Shown here in pieces: positions 40,346-50,839 of a stretch of 64,000 nucleotides of DNA (the first letter of the stretch is position 1; every line of letters starts with the position of its first letter). The translations under genes and the position numbers were made by a program. The stretch is from Spirochaetales bacterium (lineage in GTDB: Bacteria; Spirochaetota; Spirochaetia; JABEVK01). Under the pieces are notes generated by a model that did no database searches, was not told the origin of the DNA, and saw only the letters and a list, made by a program, of their open reading frames with translations. The stretch lies in NCBI GenBank assembly GCA_037142615.1, contig JBAXAI010000012.1, positions 1-64,000 of the forward strand, given 5' to 3'.

Positions 40346-42786
40346 GGTTTCTCCTTGCGGACGTTTAGGGTCAGCGACTGGGTTCCGGTCTGCACGCCCG
40401 ACGCGGTCAAAGCAAGCAGGTGGCGTGTTCCGGCGCCGAGGTCGGCCGCACGGGTTCGCACCCAAACCGCGCAAACACCGCCAATCAGGGCCACGGTGGT
40501 GGGCCCCAAGATTTCGCCGGGACCAGTGAGCGTCAAGGTCACCACTTCGCTCGAGTAGGTGAGCACCTGCTCGTGGGTGTCGAGGTGGCGCAGGACGACG
40601 CGGGTGACGTCGTAGGTTTCGCGTTCGACCAAGTGCGTCGCGTCGGCCTTCACCTCGAGGCGGGCCGACTGCGACGGCCCCTTGTCGGTGCGGGCGACCA
40701 CCTCGCCGTTTTGGAGGGCCTCGAAGGTGTACACCAGCGAGGTCTGACCCCACTGCCCTACGTAGCGCACGAACAGCGCGGTGAGCCTGGGCAGGCTGAA
40801 GCCATGCAACATCAGGAAGCCGGCCCGCAGCTGGGCCGTAAGCGGCAACGCTTTGTCTCCGTGACGGACGATGGCGCGGAACAGCCTCTTGAGCATTCGC
40901 GACGCCAGCGGCGTCAACCCTTCTTTGGTGACTAGCTGCTCGCCGACAAAATCGTCGATCACCACCGGCGGATGCGGCAAGTCAGGCCAGTTTTTCCGGT
41001 CCGGGAGAAACTCGGCCAGCACCTCGCCGTTGAGGCTCAGCCGTACCCGGTCGGCGTTGGTGAAGGCCAGCACCTGCCCCAGCATGCCGCCGTCGCGGTC
41101 GCCGGGAATCATGGCCGTGGCCAGCTCGAGCACGGGCACTTCGCTCTGTTGGCTGGCGTAGGCCGCCGCGGCGAGCTTGGGCAGGCGGAAGATGTCGCTC
41201 ACGCCGTGGTAGCAGATGTGGTCACCCGAGCCGAAGTCGCGGTGGGTGTTGTAGTCGAACGCGCACCAACCAATGGCGCCCGAGCGCTGCGGATGCGCGT
41301 AGGCGGCCTGAAGCACCCGCAGGTGACGAAGGGCGTGCTCGATCCGGCGGCTTTCGGTGTCAAAGCTCTTGGTGGGGAACATGTGGCCGTTGTGCTCGGT
41401 GACCAGGAACGGGGCCTTGCGGGGCAAAACTTTCTTCGGGTCGAGGAGCGCTTGGTTGGTGCCCTTGTGCACAAAGTCATTGTAGGTATAGACATCCTCG
41501 AACAGGGCGCTCTTTTCGAAGTTGCGAACCCCGCCGGTTTGCCGGGTGGGGTCGAGCTGGTGAGCGAGCGCGTTGGTGCGGCGGTAGAACTCGTCGCTGT
41601 CGGGGCTCTCGTTGATGCGCACGCCCCACAGGATGACCGAAGGGCGGTTGCGGTCCCGGACAATCATGTCGCGCACGTCTTGCAGCGACTGCTCCTGCCA
41701 GGCCAGATCGCCGATGTGCTGCCAACCAGGAATCTCCTCGAACACCAAGAGGCCGATCTCGTCGCAGCGGTCCAAAAAGTGCCGGCTCTGCGGGTAGTGG
41801 CTGGTGCGCACCAGGTTCACACCGAGTTCGAACTTCAGCAGGTCTGCGTCGCGGGCCTGGGCCGAGCGCGGCATGGCGTACCCCACGTGGGGCCACGCCT
41901 GGTGGCGGTTGAGCCCGCGCAGCTTGAGAGGTTTGCCGTTGAGCAAGAAGCCCTCGGGCGTGAAGCGGGCCTCGCGGAAACCGAAGGTGACCTGAGCCGC
42001 GTGGGGCCGGGCGCTGACGCCTTCCACTTTCAGCTGGTACAGCGCGGGAGTCTCGGGCGACCAGAGCTGCACACCTTCGGGGTACAGCGCGCAGACGGCG
42101 ACTTGCCCGGCGCCGGAGCCGAACTCGAAGTGAAACGGGCGCGTGAGCACGACTTCGGAGCCCTTCGAAAGAGTCAGCACCAGATCGACGGCGCGGGGAC
42201 GGGCAAGCTCACCGGAGAGGGGACCGACGAAGTTCAGTTCCACTTCCAGGTGCGGTTGGAGCTCTGGCGTGCCGGGCAAGACGTCGAGGGTCTTCACAAA
42301 GGTGTCGACCAGGTGGAAGGGCTCGACCCACTCCAGCTGCACCTCTCGGTAGATGCCGGCGAAAGTGAGGTAGTCGACCACGTAGCCAAAGGGGGGAATG
42401 CGCTTGTCCTCGTGCCCGTCGACCAGCACCTCGACGACATTCTCTTGCCCGGCAACGAGTTGGTCGGTGAGGTCGAAGGTGAACGGGGTATAGCCGCCCA
42501 AGTGTTCCCCCACCAGGGTGAGCGGTCCGACGGAGGCCGAGGCCGGTCCCACGCGAACCTCCGCCCGTGCCATGACGCCCTCGAAGTGGATCAGGGTTCG
42601 CAGGCCGGGGCGCAGCGCGTCGGGCGGGAGGATCTTGCGGTAGCGGCTGACAAAGTGGAACTCGGTCTCGCTGAAGTTGTTGAGCGGCAGGTCGGTGGTG
42701 GAATGCGGCAGGTCGACCAGATCGCAGGCGTCACCAACAGGGTCGCGGAACCACTGCCAGCCGAAGTTGAGGGGTGTGCTGTTCAT
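40342..42786 (-). CDS. Beta-galactosidase (GH2)
   Basis: HFEGV, GGYTPF, GIYREV, LRGLNRHQ, RTSHYP, WGVRINE, TEHNGH. Confidence 0.93.
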   Translation of the reverse strand: MNSTPLNFGWQWFRDPVGDACDLVDLPHSTTDLPLNNFSETEFHFVSRYRKILPPDALRPGLRTLIHFEGVMARAEVRVGPASASVGPLTLVGEHLGGYTPFTFDLTDQLVAGQENVVEVLVDGHEDKRIPPFGYVVDYLTFAGIYREVQLEWVEPFHLVDTFVKTLDVLPGTPELQPHLEVELNFVGPLSGELARPRAVDLVLTLSKGSEVVLTRPFHFEFGSGAGQVAVCALYPEGVQLWSPETPALYQLKVEGVSARPHAAQVTFGFREARFTPEGFLLNGKPLKLRGLNRHQAWPHVGYAMPRSAQARDADLLKFELGVNLVRTSHYPQSRHFLDRCDEIGLLVFEEIPGWQHIGDLAWQEQSLQDVRDMIVRDRNRPSVILWGVRINESPDSDEFYRRTNALAHQLDPTRQTGGVRNFEKSALFEDVYTYNDFVHKGTNQALLDPKKVLPRKAPFLVTEHNGHMFPTKSFDTESRRIEHALRHLRVLQAAYAHPQRSGAIGWCAFDYNTHRDFGSGDHICYHGVSDIFRLPKLAAAAYASQQSEVPVLELATAMIPGDRDGGMLGQVLAFTNADRVRLSLNGEVLAEFLPDRKNWPDLPHPPVVIDDFVGEQLVTKEGLTPLASRMLKRLFRAIVRHGDKALPLTAQLRAGFLMLHGFSLPRLTALFVRYVGQWGQTSLVYTFEALQNGEVVARTDKGPSQSARLEVKADATHLVERETYDVTRVVLRHLDTHEQVLTYSSEVVTLTLTGPGEILGPTTVALIGGVCAVWVRTRAADLGAGTRHLLALTASGVQTGTQSLTLNVRKEKP

Positions 42787-43760
42787 GAGTGTTGGTAGAT
42801 CTCCTTGACGATGTCGGCGATGTCGGGGTCTTCGATGGCGAGGTCTTTCACCTCGCGCTCCTGCACCACGCGGGCGATCAGGTCGCCGGACCGGATCCCT
42901 TCGCGGGGGAAGCGCAGCACGAGGCGGTCGGGGGTCTCTTCGGCGGTGACGCCTTCGGGCAGCCCGGTGAGCGGTGCGCCGCCGGGTCGTCCCAGGTCAA
43001 AACTGATGCGTCGTATGCGGCCGTAGCGGTCGCGCAAATCGTTCTGGCTACCGTCGAAAGCCTGCTTGCCGTCGTCGATGACAATGATGCGCCCGCAGAT
43101 CTGCTCAATATCGCCCAGGTCGTGCGTGGTGAGGAAGATGGTGGTTCCCCGGTTCTTGTTCACGTCCTTGATGGCTTCGCGCAGGCGTTCCTTCACCACG
43201 AGGTCGAGGCCGATGGTGGGTTCGTCGAGGAACAGGATTTTGGGGTCGTGGAGCAGGCTGGCGGCAAAATCGGCACGCATCCTCTGGCCCAGACTCAAGT
43301 TGCGCACCGGCGTCAGGTAGAACTCGTCGAGCTCGAGGATTTTCTTGAACCACGCGAGGTTCTCGTCGAAGCGGGCCTGGGGCACCTGGTAGAGCCGCCG
43401 CAGAATGCCCAGGCTCTCGCTCACGGGCAGGTCCCACCACAGCTGCGTGCGCTGGCCGAACACCACACCGATGTTTTGGGCGTTCTTCTGGCGGTTCTTG
43501 TGCGCCTCGGCCCCGAACACCCGGCATTGGCCCGACGTGGGGTGCAGAATCCCGGTCATCATTTTGATGGTGGTGCTCTTGCCGGCGCCGTTGACCCCGA
43601 TAAAGCCGATGGACTCGCCACCGGCGATGCTCAGGCTCAGGTCGTCCACCGCGCGTTTGACGGTGTATTCCCGGCTGAAGAGCGTCTTGAACGCGCCGCC
43701 GAGGCCCTCGTGCTTTTTGGGAGTGCGGAACTCCTTGGTCAGATGCTCCAGCTCGATCAC
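42783..43760 (-). CDS. ABC-2-type ATP-binding protein
   Basis: GVNGAGKST, VFGQRTQLWWDLP, LSLGQRMR, LDEPTIGLD, TTHD. Confidence 0.93.
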   Translation of the reverse strand: MIELEHLTKEFRTPKKHEGLGGAFKTLFSREYTVKRAVDDLSLSIAGGESIGFIGVNGAGKSTTIKMMTGILHPTSGQCRVFGAEAHKNRQKNAQNIGVVFGQRTQLWWDLPVSESLGILRRLYQVPQARFDENLAWFKKILELDEFYLTPVRNLSLGQRMRADFAASLLHDPKILFLDEPTIGLDLVVKERLREAIKDVNKNRGTTIFLTTHDLGDIEQICGRIIVIDDGKQAFDGSQNDLRDRYGRIRRISFDLGRPGGAPLTGLPEGVTAEETPDRLVLRFPREGIRSGDLIARVVQEREVKDLAIEDPDIADIVKEIYQHS

Positions 43761-43781
43761 AGCGCCCTCCTCACGGTCAAC

Positions 43782-44612
43782 TTAGGTCCCGGTCCCGGTG
43801 TAGCGGCGCAGACCGATGCGGAACAGAACGAAGCCAAAACCAACGAACGCCGCCGACAACAGCGCCATGCCGACGGGAACCCACGTCTTGCTCACGACGT
43901 CAAAGCCCAGCGCCGCCGATAGCGCCGCCGTGTCGCGCAAAAACCAGGCCATGGGCACGTAACTCACGACGGCGAAAGGAAGCACGAACAGCAGGAAGTT
44001 CTTCAGCCACACGTTCTTGTAGATGTCGAGCGGGTACTTGGTGAAGCTGTTGACCTCGTAGGCCACCTGCATCAGCTCGCCGCTCGACACCGTCCAGAAG
44101 GCCACCGCCGCCGCCGCCAGCTTGATGCCGAAGTACAGCGCCAAGCCGCAGACCAGGAACACCAGCAGCATGCCCAGTTCGGCGGGCCCGAGAGCCAGCC
44201 CCAATCGCAGCCAGGCGTAAGCGAACAGCAGGAACCCGACCAGCAGTTCGCCAAAGCCGTCGAACTGCACGCGCTCCATGATGATGTGCTGGATGATGCC
44301 GATAGGCCGCAGCAGGTAGTGGGTGAAGCTGCCGTCGCGGATACGCCACCACCCCACCAGCCAGATGTTGTCGTTGTAGATGTGGTCGATGCCGCGCACC
44401 ACCTGGCTCCAGCCGTAGAACAGCAGCATCTCGTCGAAGCTCCAGCCGCCCACCGCCTTGATCTGCGTGAACACCGCGAACAACACGAGGAAGGACCCAA
44501 TCTGCTGGATGCTCAGCGCGATGACGCCGATGAGGAAGTCGAGCTTGTACTCGACGAGGGCCTTCACCTGCTGGCTGAGGAACGCCGCGTAGATAGAAAA
44601 GAACCGGCGCAT
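43782..44612 (-). CDS. ABC-2 family permease (DUF990-like)
   Basis: EYKLDF, GGWSFDE, IRDGSF..YLLRP, KYPLDIY, GLRRYTGTGT; TGATG overlap. Confidence 0.88.
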   Translation of the reverse strand: MRRFFSIYAAFLSQQVKALVEYKLDFLIGVIALSIQQIGSFLVLFAVFTQIKAVGGWSFDEMLLFYGWSQVVRGIDHIYNDNIWLVGWWRIRDGSFTHYLLRPIGIIQHIIMERVQFDGFGELLVGFLLFAYAWLRLGLALGPAELGMLLVFLVCGLALYFGIKLAAAAVAFWTVSSGELMQVAYEVNSFTKYPLDIYKNVWLKNFLLFVLPFAVVSYVPMAWFLRDTAALSAALGFDVVSKTWVPVGMALLSAAFVGFGFVLFRIGLRRYTGTGT

Positions 44613-45487
44613 CAGCCCCCCTGAATCGTGACGCGTTTGAGCGCCCGACCCCAGGTGAGCCAAACCACGAGTGCCATCGCGAGCACCCAGAACGCCTGCA
44701 TGCCGAGGTGCCAGGCGATTTCGGTGGGGGTGCTGAGCATGCCGGTGGCAATAGCCGACGGCACGTAGTACAGCGAGGGGAACGGCGTGGCGTAGGCCAC
44801 GTACCCAAGGCCCGTCAGCAAGCCCTTCGTCAGTTCCTCGGGTAAGAACGGCACCGGGAAGTTGCCGCTGGGCGCGTTCGCCAACTGGAACAGCAGGTTG
44901 AACGCGATCACCTGCCCCGAGAACAGCGCGATGGCCTGGTCCTTGAACAGGAACAACCCCCAGTAGTTGGTGATCCAGAAGGCCACCAGCCCGAGCAAAA
45001 AGGCCACGAGAAGGGCCAGCACGTAGGTGAGGGCCAAGCTGAGCACCGTGAGCGCCACCGTCGTCAGGCTGACCGAGGCGATGGGCACCAAAAACGCGAC
45101 GATGACCACGAAGGGCACCAGCGCGAGCAGGTTGCCCACCGTGAAGCCCACCTGTTGGGCCACCTGCTCGCCGAAAAAGCTGTAGGGGCGCACCAGGTGC
45201 ATGGCGATGGCGCCGTCCTTGATGGTGCCGCCCACGTTGCCGTCGATGCCGCAGGCCGTGAGGCGGCCGAAGATCATGCCCAGCGCGACATAGCTGAGGT
45301 ACTGGCCCAGGCTGATGGTGCCCAGCGTGCCGCCATTCCCCCCGAACACCGCGCTCCACAAAAAGTACTGGATGAGCAGGAGCACCAGATCGTTGATCAT
45401 GAAGATCAGAACACGGACCCGGTAGGTCCACATCACCTGGATGTTGAGAGGAATGAAGCCGAGGTAGCGGTCGAGGCGCGCGAACAT
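44612..45487 (-). CDS. ABC-2 family permease (DUF990-like)
   Basis: TYR, LWSAVF, IKDGAIA..LVRP, AFW, FSG, TIQGG C-terminus. Confidence 0.88.
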   Translation of the reverse strand: MFARLDRYLGFIPLNIQVMWTYRVRVLIFMINDLVLLLIQYFLWSAVFGGNGGTLGTISLGQYLSYVALGMIFGRLTACGIDGNVGGTIKDGAIAMHLVRPYSFFGEQVAQQVGFTVGNLLALVPFVVIVAFLVPIASVSLTTVALTVLSLALTYVLALLVAFLLGLVAFWITNYWGLFLFKDQAIALFSGQVIAFNLLFQLANAPSGNFPVPFLPEELTKGLLTGLGYVAYATPFPSLYYVPSAIATGMLSTPTEIAWHLGMQAFWVLAMALVVWLTWGRALKRVTIQGG

Positions 45488-45492
45488 GCGCC

Positions 45493-46521
45493 CTAATTGT
45501 AACCCTTGGGGTTCTGGCTTTGCCAGCGCCACGCGTCAGCGCACATGGCGTCGAGGCCGCGGGTGGCCTTCCAGCCAAGTTCACGCTCGGCGAGGCTGGG
45601 GTCGGCGTAGCTGGCCGCCACGTCGCCGGGCCTTCGGGGTACCACTTCGTAGGGCACTTTTTTGCCGCTGGCCTTTTCGAAGGCCTTCACGACGTCGAGC
45701 ACGCTGCTGGGGTTGCCAGTGCCAAGGTTATACGCGACAGCCCCTGGCCTGGTCGCGAGCTTCTCGACGGCCTTGAGGTGGCCTTGCGCCAGGTCGACGA
45801 CGTGGATGTAGTCGCGCAGGCCGGTGCCGTCGGGCGTCGGGTAGTCGTTGCCGTACACCTTGAGCTGTGCGCGCATTCCCACGGCCACTTGGCTGACAAA
45901 CGGCAGCAGGTTGGCCGGCACGCCCAGCGGATCCTCGCCGATTTTGCCCGACGGGTGCGCTCCCACCGGGTTGAAGTACCGCAGCAGGATGACGTTCCAA
46001 GGGTTGGGATCCTTGGCGAGCACGTCGGCATGGGCTGCGTCACGCAGAATCTGCTCCATCATCACCTTGGTCCAGCCGTAGGGGTTGGTGGCAGCTGTCG
46101 GCAGATCCTCGGCGAAGGGCGGGTTGGGATTCTCGCCGTACACGGTGGCCGACGAGCTGAACACGATGTTTTTGACCCCGGCGGCGGCCATCGCCTCGCA
46201 GAGCACAATGGTGCCGGCGATGTTGTTGTGGTAGTAGCGCAGCGGCTGGGCCACCGACTCGCCCACCGCCTTGAGCGCCGCGAAATGAATCACAGCGTCG
46301 ATCTTGTGGGCGGCGAACACTTTGTCGAGGCCCGGACGGTCGAGCAGATCGACGCGGTGGAAGGTCAGCGCCTTGCCGGTGATTTCGCGCACCCGGTCGA
46401 GAGCGATGGTCTTGCTGTTCACGAGGTTGTCGACGACCACCACCTGATGGCCCGCGTTCAGCAGTTCCACGCAGGTGTGGCTTCCGATGTAGCCGGCCCC
46501 GCCGGCAACGAGAATGGTCAT
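45493..46521 (-). CDS. galE: UDP-glucose 4-epimerase
   Basis: GGAGYIGSH, KAVGES, SSSATVYG, YGWTK, LRYFNP. Confidence 0.97.
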   Translation of the reverse strand: MTILVAGGAGYIGSHTCVELLNAGHQVVVVDNLVNSKTIALDRVREITGKALTFHRVDLLDRPGLDKVFAAHKIDAVIHFAALKAVGESVAQPLRYYHNNIAGTIVLCEAMAAAGVKNIVFSSSATVYGENPNPPFAEDLPTAATNPYGWTKVMMEQILRDAAHADVLAKDPNPWNVILLRYFNPVGAHPSGKIGEDPLGVPANLLPFVSQVAVGMRAQLKVYGNDYPTPDGTGLRDYIHVVDLAQGHLKAVEKLATRPGAVAYNLGTGNPSSVLDVVKAFEKASGKKVPYEVVPRRPGDVAASYADPSLAERELGWKATRGLDAMCADAWRWQSQNPKGYN

Positions 46522-46530
46522 AGAAACTCC

Positions 46531-47748
46531 TTACAGTTTGGCCTCGCCAGCGCGGTCGGGGCGTACGCTCAGCCGGTGCACCGACCCGGGGCCGAACACC
46601 GCCTCCATCGTTTTCGCATAGTCCGCGGCCCGCTTCAAGGGAATATAGGCCTGGATGGTGCCGGCAAACCCGCCACCGTGGACGCGTACCGCCCCGACGC
46701 CTTGCGGGTTGTCGTGGCTCAAGAAGCGGCGCGTGAGGGCCAGGCCCAGAGGAATCGCCTGGTCGCGGATGGCGCCGTGGGGGATGACGTTCTGCAGGAA
46801 CTCGGCGCTCGAGGCCCCCGACGCGTCGACCAGTGCCAGGTAGTCCTCGAACCGCCCCGCCTCGATCGCCTTCACCATGTGCTCGACACGGAGGTTTTCT
46901 TCCAAGAAGTGCATCGCCCGCAGCACGGCCCGGTCGCCCACGCGGGCCCGCAGTCCGGCCACCTCGGCCCAGAACTTCGCGGGATCGACCTCGCGCAGAA
47001 CCGACTTGCCGAAGCAGGCCGCCACAGCGTTCATTTCACTGCGGATGGCGGCGTAGTCGGGAGTCAGGTCGGCGTGGTTGCCCTTGGTGTCGACAATGCA
47101 CAGCGCGTACCCGTGGGCCTCCCAGTCGAGGGCCAGTTGCCGGATCACGGGCTGGGACGGTGAGGCGAAGTCGATGGTGACCAGGCCGCCCACCGAGCTC
47201 GCCATCTGGTCCATCAGGCCGCACGGTTTGCCAAAGTGCAGGTTCTCAGCCTCCTGCCCGATGACGCCCAGCGTCACCGCGTCGACCTTGCCGTCGTTGT
47301 ACAGGGCGCTGAGAATGGTGCCGGTGAGGACTTCGAAGGCGGCCGAACTCGACAGTCCCGAGCCCTGGAGCACGCTGCTTTCGACACAGGCACGGAAGCC
47401 ACCCACTTTCAGACCCCGTTTGACGAACGCGGCGGCCACACCACGGAGCAAGGCTTCCGTCTTGCCCGTCTCGGCGGGTTGTGGCTCAAGCGAATCGAGG
47501 GCCACGCGGAATGGGGCGTCCCAGCCGGCGGAGCGCAGTTCGATCACGCCTTCGGCACGCTGAACGACGGCGGCGGCCTCGAGGTCGATGGCGGCGGCGA
47601 GGACCCGGCCGTTGTTGTGGTCGGTGTGGTTGCCCCCCAGTTCGGTACGGCCGGGCGCGGTAAAGGCCCGCAGGCCGGTGGTGTTGCCGTACACTTCGCC
47701 GAAGCGTTTGGTCAGGCGTGCGAAAACAGCGGCGCGTTCGCTTTTCAT
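46531..47748 (-). CDS. galK: Galactokinase (GHMP family)
   Basis: [39 protein letters not shown]; ATGA overlap with galT. Confidence 0.94.
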   Translation of the reverse strand: MKSERAAVFARLTKRFGEVYGNTTGLRAFTAPGRTELGGNHTDHNNGRVLAAAIDLEAAAVVQRAEGVIELRSAGWDAPFRVALDSLEPQPAETGKTEALLRGVAAAFVKRGLKVGGFRACVESSVLQGSGLSSSAAFEVLTGTILSALYNDGKVDAVTLGVIGQEAENLHFGKPCGLMDQMASSVGGLVTIDFASPSQPVIRQLALDWEAHGYALCIVDTKGNHADLTPDYAAIRSEMNAVAACFGKSVLREVDPAKFWAEVAGLRARVGDRAVLRAMHFLEENLRVEHMVKAIEAGRFEDYLALVDASGASSAEFLQNVIPHGAIRDQAIPLGLALTRRFLSHDNPQGVGAVRVHGGGFAGTIQAYIPLKRAADYAKTMEAVFGPGSVHRLSVRPDRAGEAKL

Positions 47749-48809
47749 GAGGCGGCTCCCGGGGTAAGGACAGTTTCGACGCCGAGTGCCGTCTCGGCGC
47801 AGGCCCGGAGGCGCTCGGCGGCCTGCTCGGCGGTGATGTCGCGCTGGGGTTGAGCCAGCATCTCGTAACCCACCATGAACTTGCGCACGGTGGCCGAACG
47901 CAGCAGCGGCGGCAAAAAGTGCAGGTGCAGCTGCCAGTGGTCGTGCGCCTGCCCGTCGGTGGGGCGCTGGTGCAGGCCCATGGTGTACGGAAAACTCACC
48001 TGGAACAGGTTGTCGTAACGGCGCGTCATGCGGCCCAGCGCATCGGCCAGCCCAGCACGCTCGGCGCGGGTCAGTTCGGCCACGTCGCGGCGATGAGTTT
48101 TGGGGAGCAGCATGGTTTCGAAGGGCCACACCGCCCAGTACGGCACCACGGCCACCCAGGTGTCGTTTTCGAACAGCACGCGTTCCTTTTCTTTGAGCTC
48201 GAGCTTCAGGTAATCGAGCAGCAAGACGCTGCCCTTGTCTTTCAACCACTTGGCCTGCTGTTCGCCTTCGCGGGCTGGCAGGTCGGGCACCGTGCGCTGG
48301 GCCCAGATCTGCCCGTGCGGGTGCGGCATCGACGAGCCCATGATTTCGCCCCGGTTCTCGAAAATCTGCACCGAGTTGATTTCGGGGCGACCACCGAGGT
48401 CGAGGTACTGGGCCGCCCACTCGTCGACCACCTTGGTGAGGCCCTCGTTGGTCATGCGAGCCAAGGTGAGGTTGTGTTCGGGGCTGAAGCACACGACACG
48501 GCACAAGCCCGCTTCGGCTTCGGCCACGAGCAAACCGCCTTCGTTGCGCGCCCCGGTCGGAACGTCGGTCAGCAGCGCCGAGAAGTCATTGGTGAAACTG
48601 AACACGTCGGTGTAGGCGGGATTCACGTCGCCGGTGACCCGCTTGTTGCCGGGGCACAAATAGCAATTGGGATCGTGCTTGGGCATGTTGGTGGGCGGCA
48701 CAGCCTCGACCTTGCCCTGCCAGGGCCGCTTGGTGCGGTGCGGCGACACCAGTACGGTCTCACCCGTCAGCGGGTTAAATCGGCGGTGCGGAACGTCATT
48801 CCAATCCAT
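47745..48809 (-). CDS. galT: Galactose-1-phosphate uridylyltransferase
   Basis: [42 protein letters not shown]. Confidence 0.97.
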   Translation of the reverse strand: MDWNDVPHRRFNPLTGETVLVSPHRTKRPWQGKVEAVPPTNMPKHDPNCYLCPGNKRVTGDVNPAYTDVFSFTNDFSALLTDVPTGARNEGGLLVAEAEAGLCRVVCFSPEHNLTLARMTNEGLTKVVDEWAAQYLDLGGRPEINSVQIFENRGEIMGSSMPHPHGQIWAQRTVPDLPAREGEQQAKWLKDKGSVLLLDYLKLELKEKERVLFENDTWVAVVPYWAVWPFETMLLPKTHRRDVAELTRAERAGLADALGRMTRRYDNLFQVSFPYTMGLHQRPTDGQAHDHWQLHLHFLPPLLRSATVRKFMVGYEMLAQPQRDITAEQAAERLRACAETALGVETVLTPGAAS

Positions 48810-48830
48810 AAAGTCTCCTGTTTCGCGACG

Positions 48831-48871
48831 ATGTACACGTGTACATTACGGTCAAAAGACGAGACTGTCAA
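48831..48871 (-). promoter_or_regulatory. gal operon promoter and LacI-type operator
   Basis: TTGACA(48871-66)-17-TAATGT(48848-43); perfect palindrome ATGTACACGTGTACAT at 48831-48846 covers -10/+1. Confidence 0.8.
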
Positions 48872-48898
48872 GTCAATCAGGCATGCGACGGTTTTTTC

Positions 48899-48907
48899 TG
48901 TTACAAT
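48899..48907 (+). promoter_or_regulatory. Extended -10 promoter for menA
   Basis: TGtTACAAT, followed by SD AGGAG and ATG. Confidence 0.55.
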
Positions 48908-48927
48908 GCGCAACGACAGGAGTTCTC

Positions 48928-49959
48928 ATGGACATTAAAATGTGGGGCAAGGCCCTGAGTATCATCCCTGCGGTGACAAAGGACGAGTGGAACGCCCTCG
49001 ACTTCGTAGCCAAGTGGCTGATTGCCACCCGCGCGGCCGTCCTGCTGATGACTTTTTTGTCGGCGGCGCTCGCCGGACTGTTCGCTGCCCGCGACGGCGG
49101 CTTCGAGTTTCTGCCGTGGCTGGCGGTCGCGCTGGGGCTGATTCTGGCCCATGCGACCAACAACATTGTGAACGACTACACCGACTTTGTGCGTGGCGTC
49201 GACACCGACAACTACTTCCGACGGCAGTACGGGCCGCAGCCGGTGGCCGAAGGCCTGCTGACCAAGGGCCAAACCCTGCGCTGGGCCATCACCACGGGCG
49301 TGATCGCCTTGGCCATTGGCTTGGGCCTGTCGTGGTGGCGGGGCTGGGATCCGGTCGTCCTGTATTTGCTGTTCGGCGGCGTGTTCCTGGTGCTGGCCTA
49401 CACGTGGCCGCTCAAACAACTCGCGCTCGGTGAAGTGTCGGTCATCCTGGCGTGGGGCCCGCTGATGATCGGTGGCGGCTACTACACGCTCACCGGCCAC
49501 TGGGACTGGAACGTGGTGCTCGCGGGTCTGCCCTACGCGCTGGGCGTGACCACCGTCATCTTCGGCAAGCACATCGACAAACTCGAAATCGACAAGGCCA
49601 AGAAGATCCACACGCTGCCGGTGCTCATCGGCGAAAAGGCCTCGCGCTGGGCGGTCATCGCGATGATGTTGCTGCCCTACCTGCTGGTGGGTGGCCTGAT
49701 CGCGACCAAGTACTTCACCCCGGTGATGGCGCTCGTGGTGCTCGCCATTCCGTCGTCGCTCAAGACCATCCAACTCTTCCTCAAACCACGACCGGCGGAG
49801 CGTCCCGAGTGGATGGCCGAGGGCAATGGTGGCTGGCCGTTGTTCTTTGCGCCGATCGGGTTTATCAACAACCGGGCCTTTGGCCTGTGGTTCCTGCTGG
49901 GACTGATTGTCGATGTCGCTTTGCGGGTGATTCCAGCCACCAGCGGCTTCTGGCGGTAG
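48928..49959 (+). CDS. menA: UbiA-superfamily prenyltransferase, MenA (DHNA prenyltransferase)-like
   Basis: NIVNDYTDFVRGVD, LAYT.PLK..ALGE, HIDKLEIDKAKKIHTLPV; multi-TM. Confidence 0.8.
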   Translation: MDIKMWGKALSIIPAVTKDEWNALDFVAKWLIATRAAVLLMTFLSAALAGLFAARDGGFEFLPWLAVALGLILAHATNNIVNDYTDFVRGVDTDNYFRRQYGPQPVAEGLLTKGQTLRWAITTGVIALAIGLGLSWWRGWDPVVLYLLFGGVFLVLAYTWPLKQLALGEVSVILAWGPLMIGGGYYTLTGHWDWNVVLAGLPYALGVTTVIFGKHIDKLEIDKAKKIHTLPVLIGEKASRWAVIAMMLLPYLLVGGLIATKYFTPVMALVVLAIPSSLKTIQLFLKPRPAERPEWMAEGNGGWPLFFAPIGFINNRAFGLWFLLGLIVDVALRVIPATSGFWR

Positions 49960-49964
49960 AGCCG

Positions 49965-50786
49965 GTGGACCTCGAAACCCTGTATCAACCGATTGCCAGC
50001 GAGTTGGACGCCGTCAAGGTCGGTCTGAGTGCCTTGGCCAACACGTTCCACTACGGGCACACCAACACCATCCTGGAGCATTTCTTCCAGCGTCCGGGCA
50101 AGCTCTTGAGGCCGGCACTGGTGCTCCTGTCGGCGAAGGCCCTGGTGGATCCCCTGCCCGCTCCGCTGCGCGAACGGCTGGTGCAAACCGCCTTGGGGGT
50201 CGAACTGCTGCACGATGCGAGCTTGGTGCACGACGACGTGCTCGACAGTGACACCGAGCGCCGGGGGCAGGCCACGCTCAATGGGGCTTGGGGCAACAAG
50301 ATCGCGGTGCTGGCGGGCGACGTCATCTACTCGCGCGGGTTCGGGCTTTTTACGCAGGCCTTGCCACAGCCGCTTTTGGCCGACGTGATCCGCCTGAACG
50401 AGCAGATGTGCTCGGCCGAGATCGAACAGGCCCGGACGCTCGGAAGCCCGCTCGACCGGGAAACCTATTTCCGCATCATCGAGGGCAAGACCGCCGCGTT
50501 CATGAGCGTTTGCTGCCACCTGGGTGCGTCGGTGGCCGCTGAGGTGAACCCGAACTACTTGCCGCATGCCTTCACCCTGCGCCGTTTCGGGCTGGCCTTC
50601 GGCCTGGCGTATCAACTCTTTGACGACCACGCCGATGGCGACCTGAACTGTCCGGGCCTCGACGGCGTGACCGAGGGCCGCCGCCATCTGGCGAAAGCGG
50701 TCGATCTGGTAAGTTCGTTACCACCAAGCCCCGCAAGCTTGGAACTCTCTCATCTTTGCTCATTCCTCCAGGAACAAAACTCGTAA
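49965..50786 (+). CDS. Polyprenyl diphosphate synthase (C-terminally short)
   Basis: GKLLRP, ELLHDASLVHDDVLD..RRG, LAGD, GKTA, YQLFDDHAD. Confidence 0.88.
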   Translation: MDLETLYQPIASELDAVKVGLSALANTFHYGHTNTILEHFFQRPGKLLRPALVLLSAKALVDPLPAPLRERLVQTALGVELLHDASLVHDDVLDSDTERRGQATLNGAWGNKIAVLAGDVIYSRGFGLFTQALPQPLLADVIRLNEQMCSAEIEQARTLGSPLDRETYFRIIEGKTAAFMSVCCHLGASVAAEVNPNYLPHAFTLRRFGLAFGLAYQLFDDHADGDLNCPGLDGVTEGRRHLAKAVDLVSSLPPSPASLELSHLCSFLQEQNS

Positions 50787-50839
50787 TTCATTTGACAGCG
50801 GGTCCTTTCGGGTAGTTAATGGAAATTAACGGAGGATTT

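Noticed and set aside
37949-48504. N-terminally extended ORF-track versions of GH36 (934 aa), permease (600 aa) and GalK (657 aa)
   Set aside because: The extensions overlap upstream genes; the true starts sit at the ATGA/TGATG overlaps
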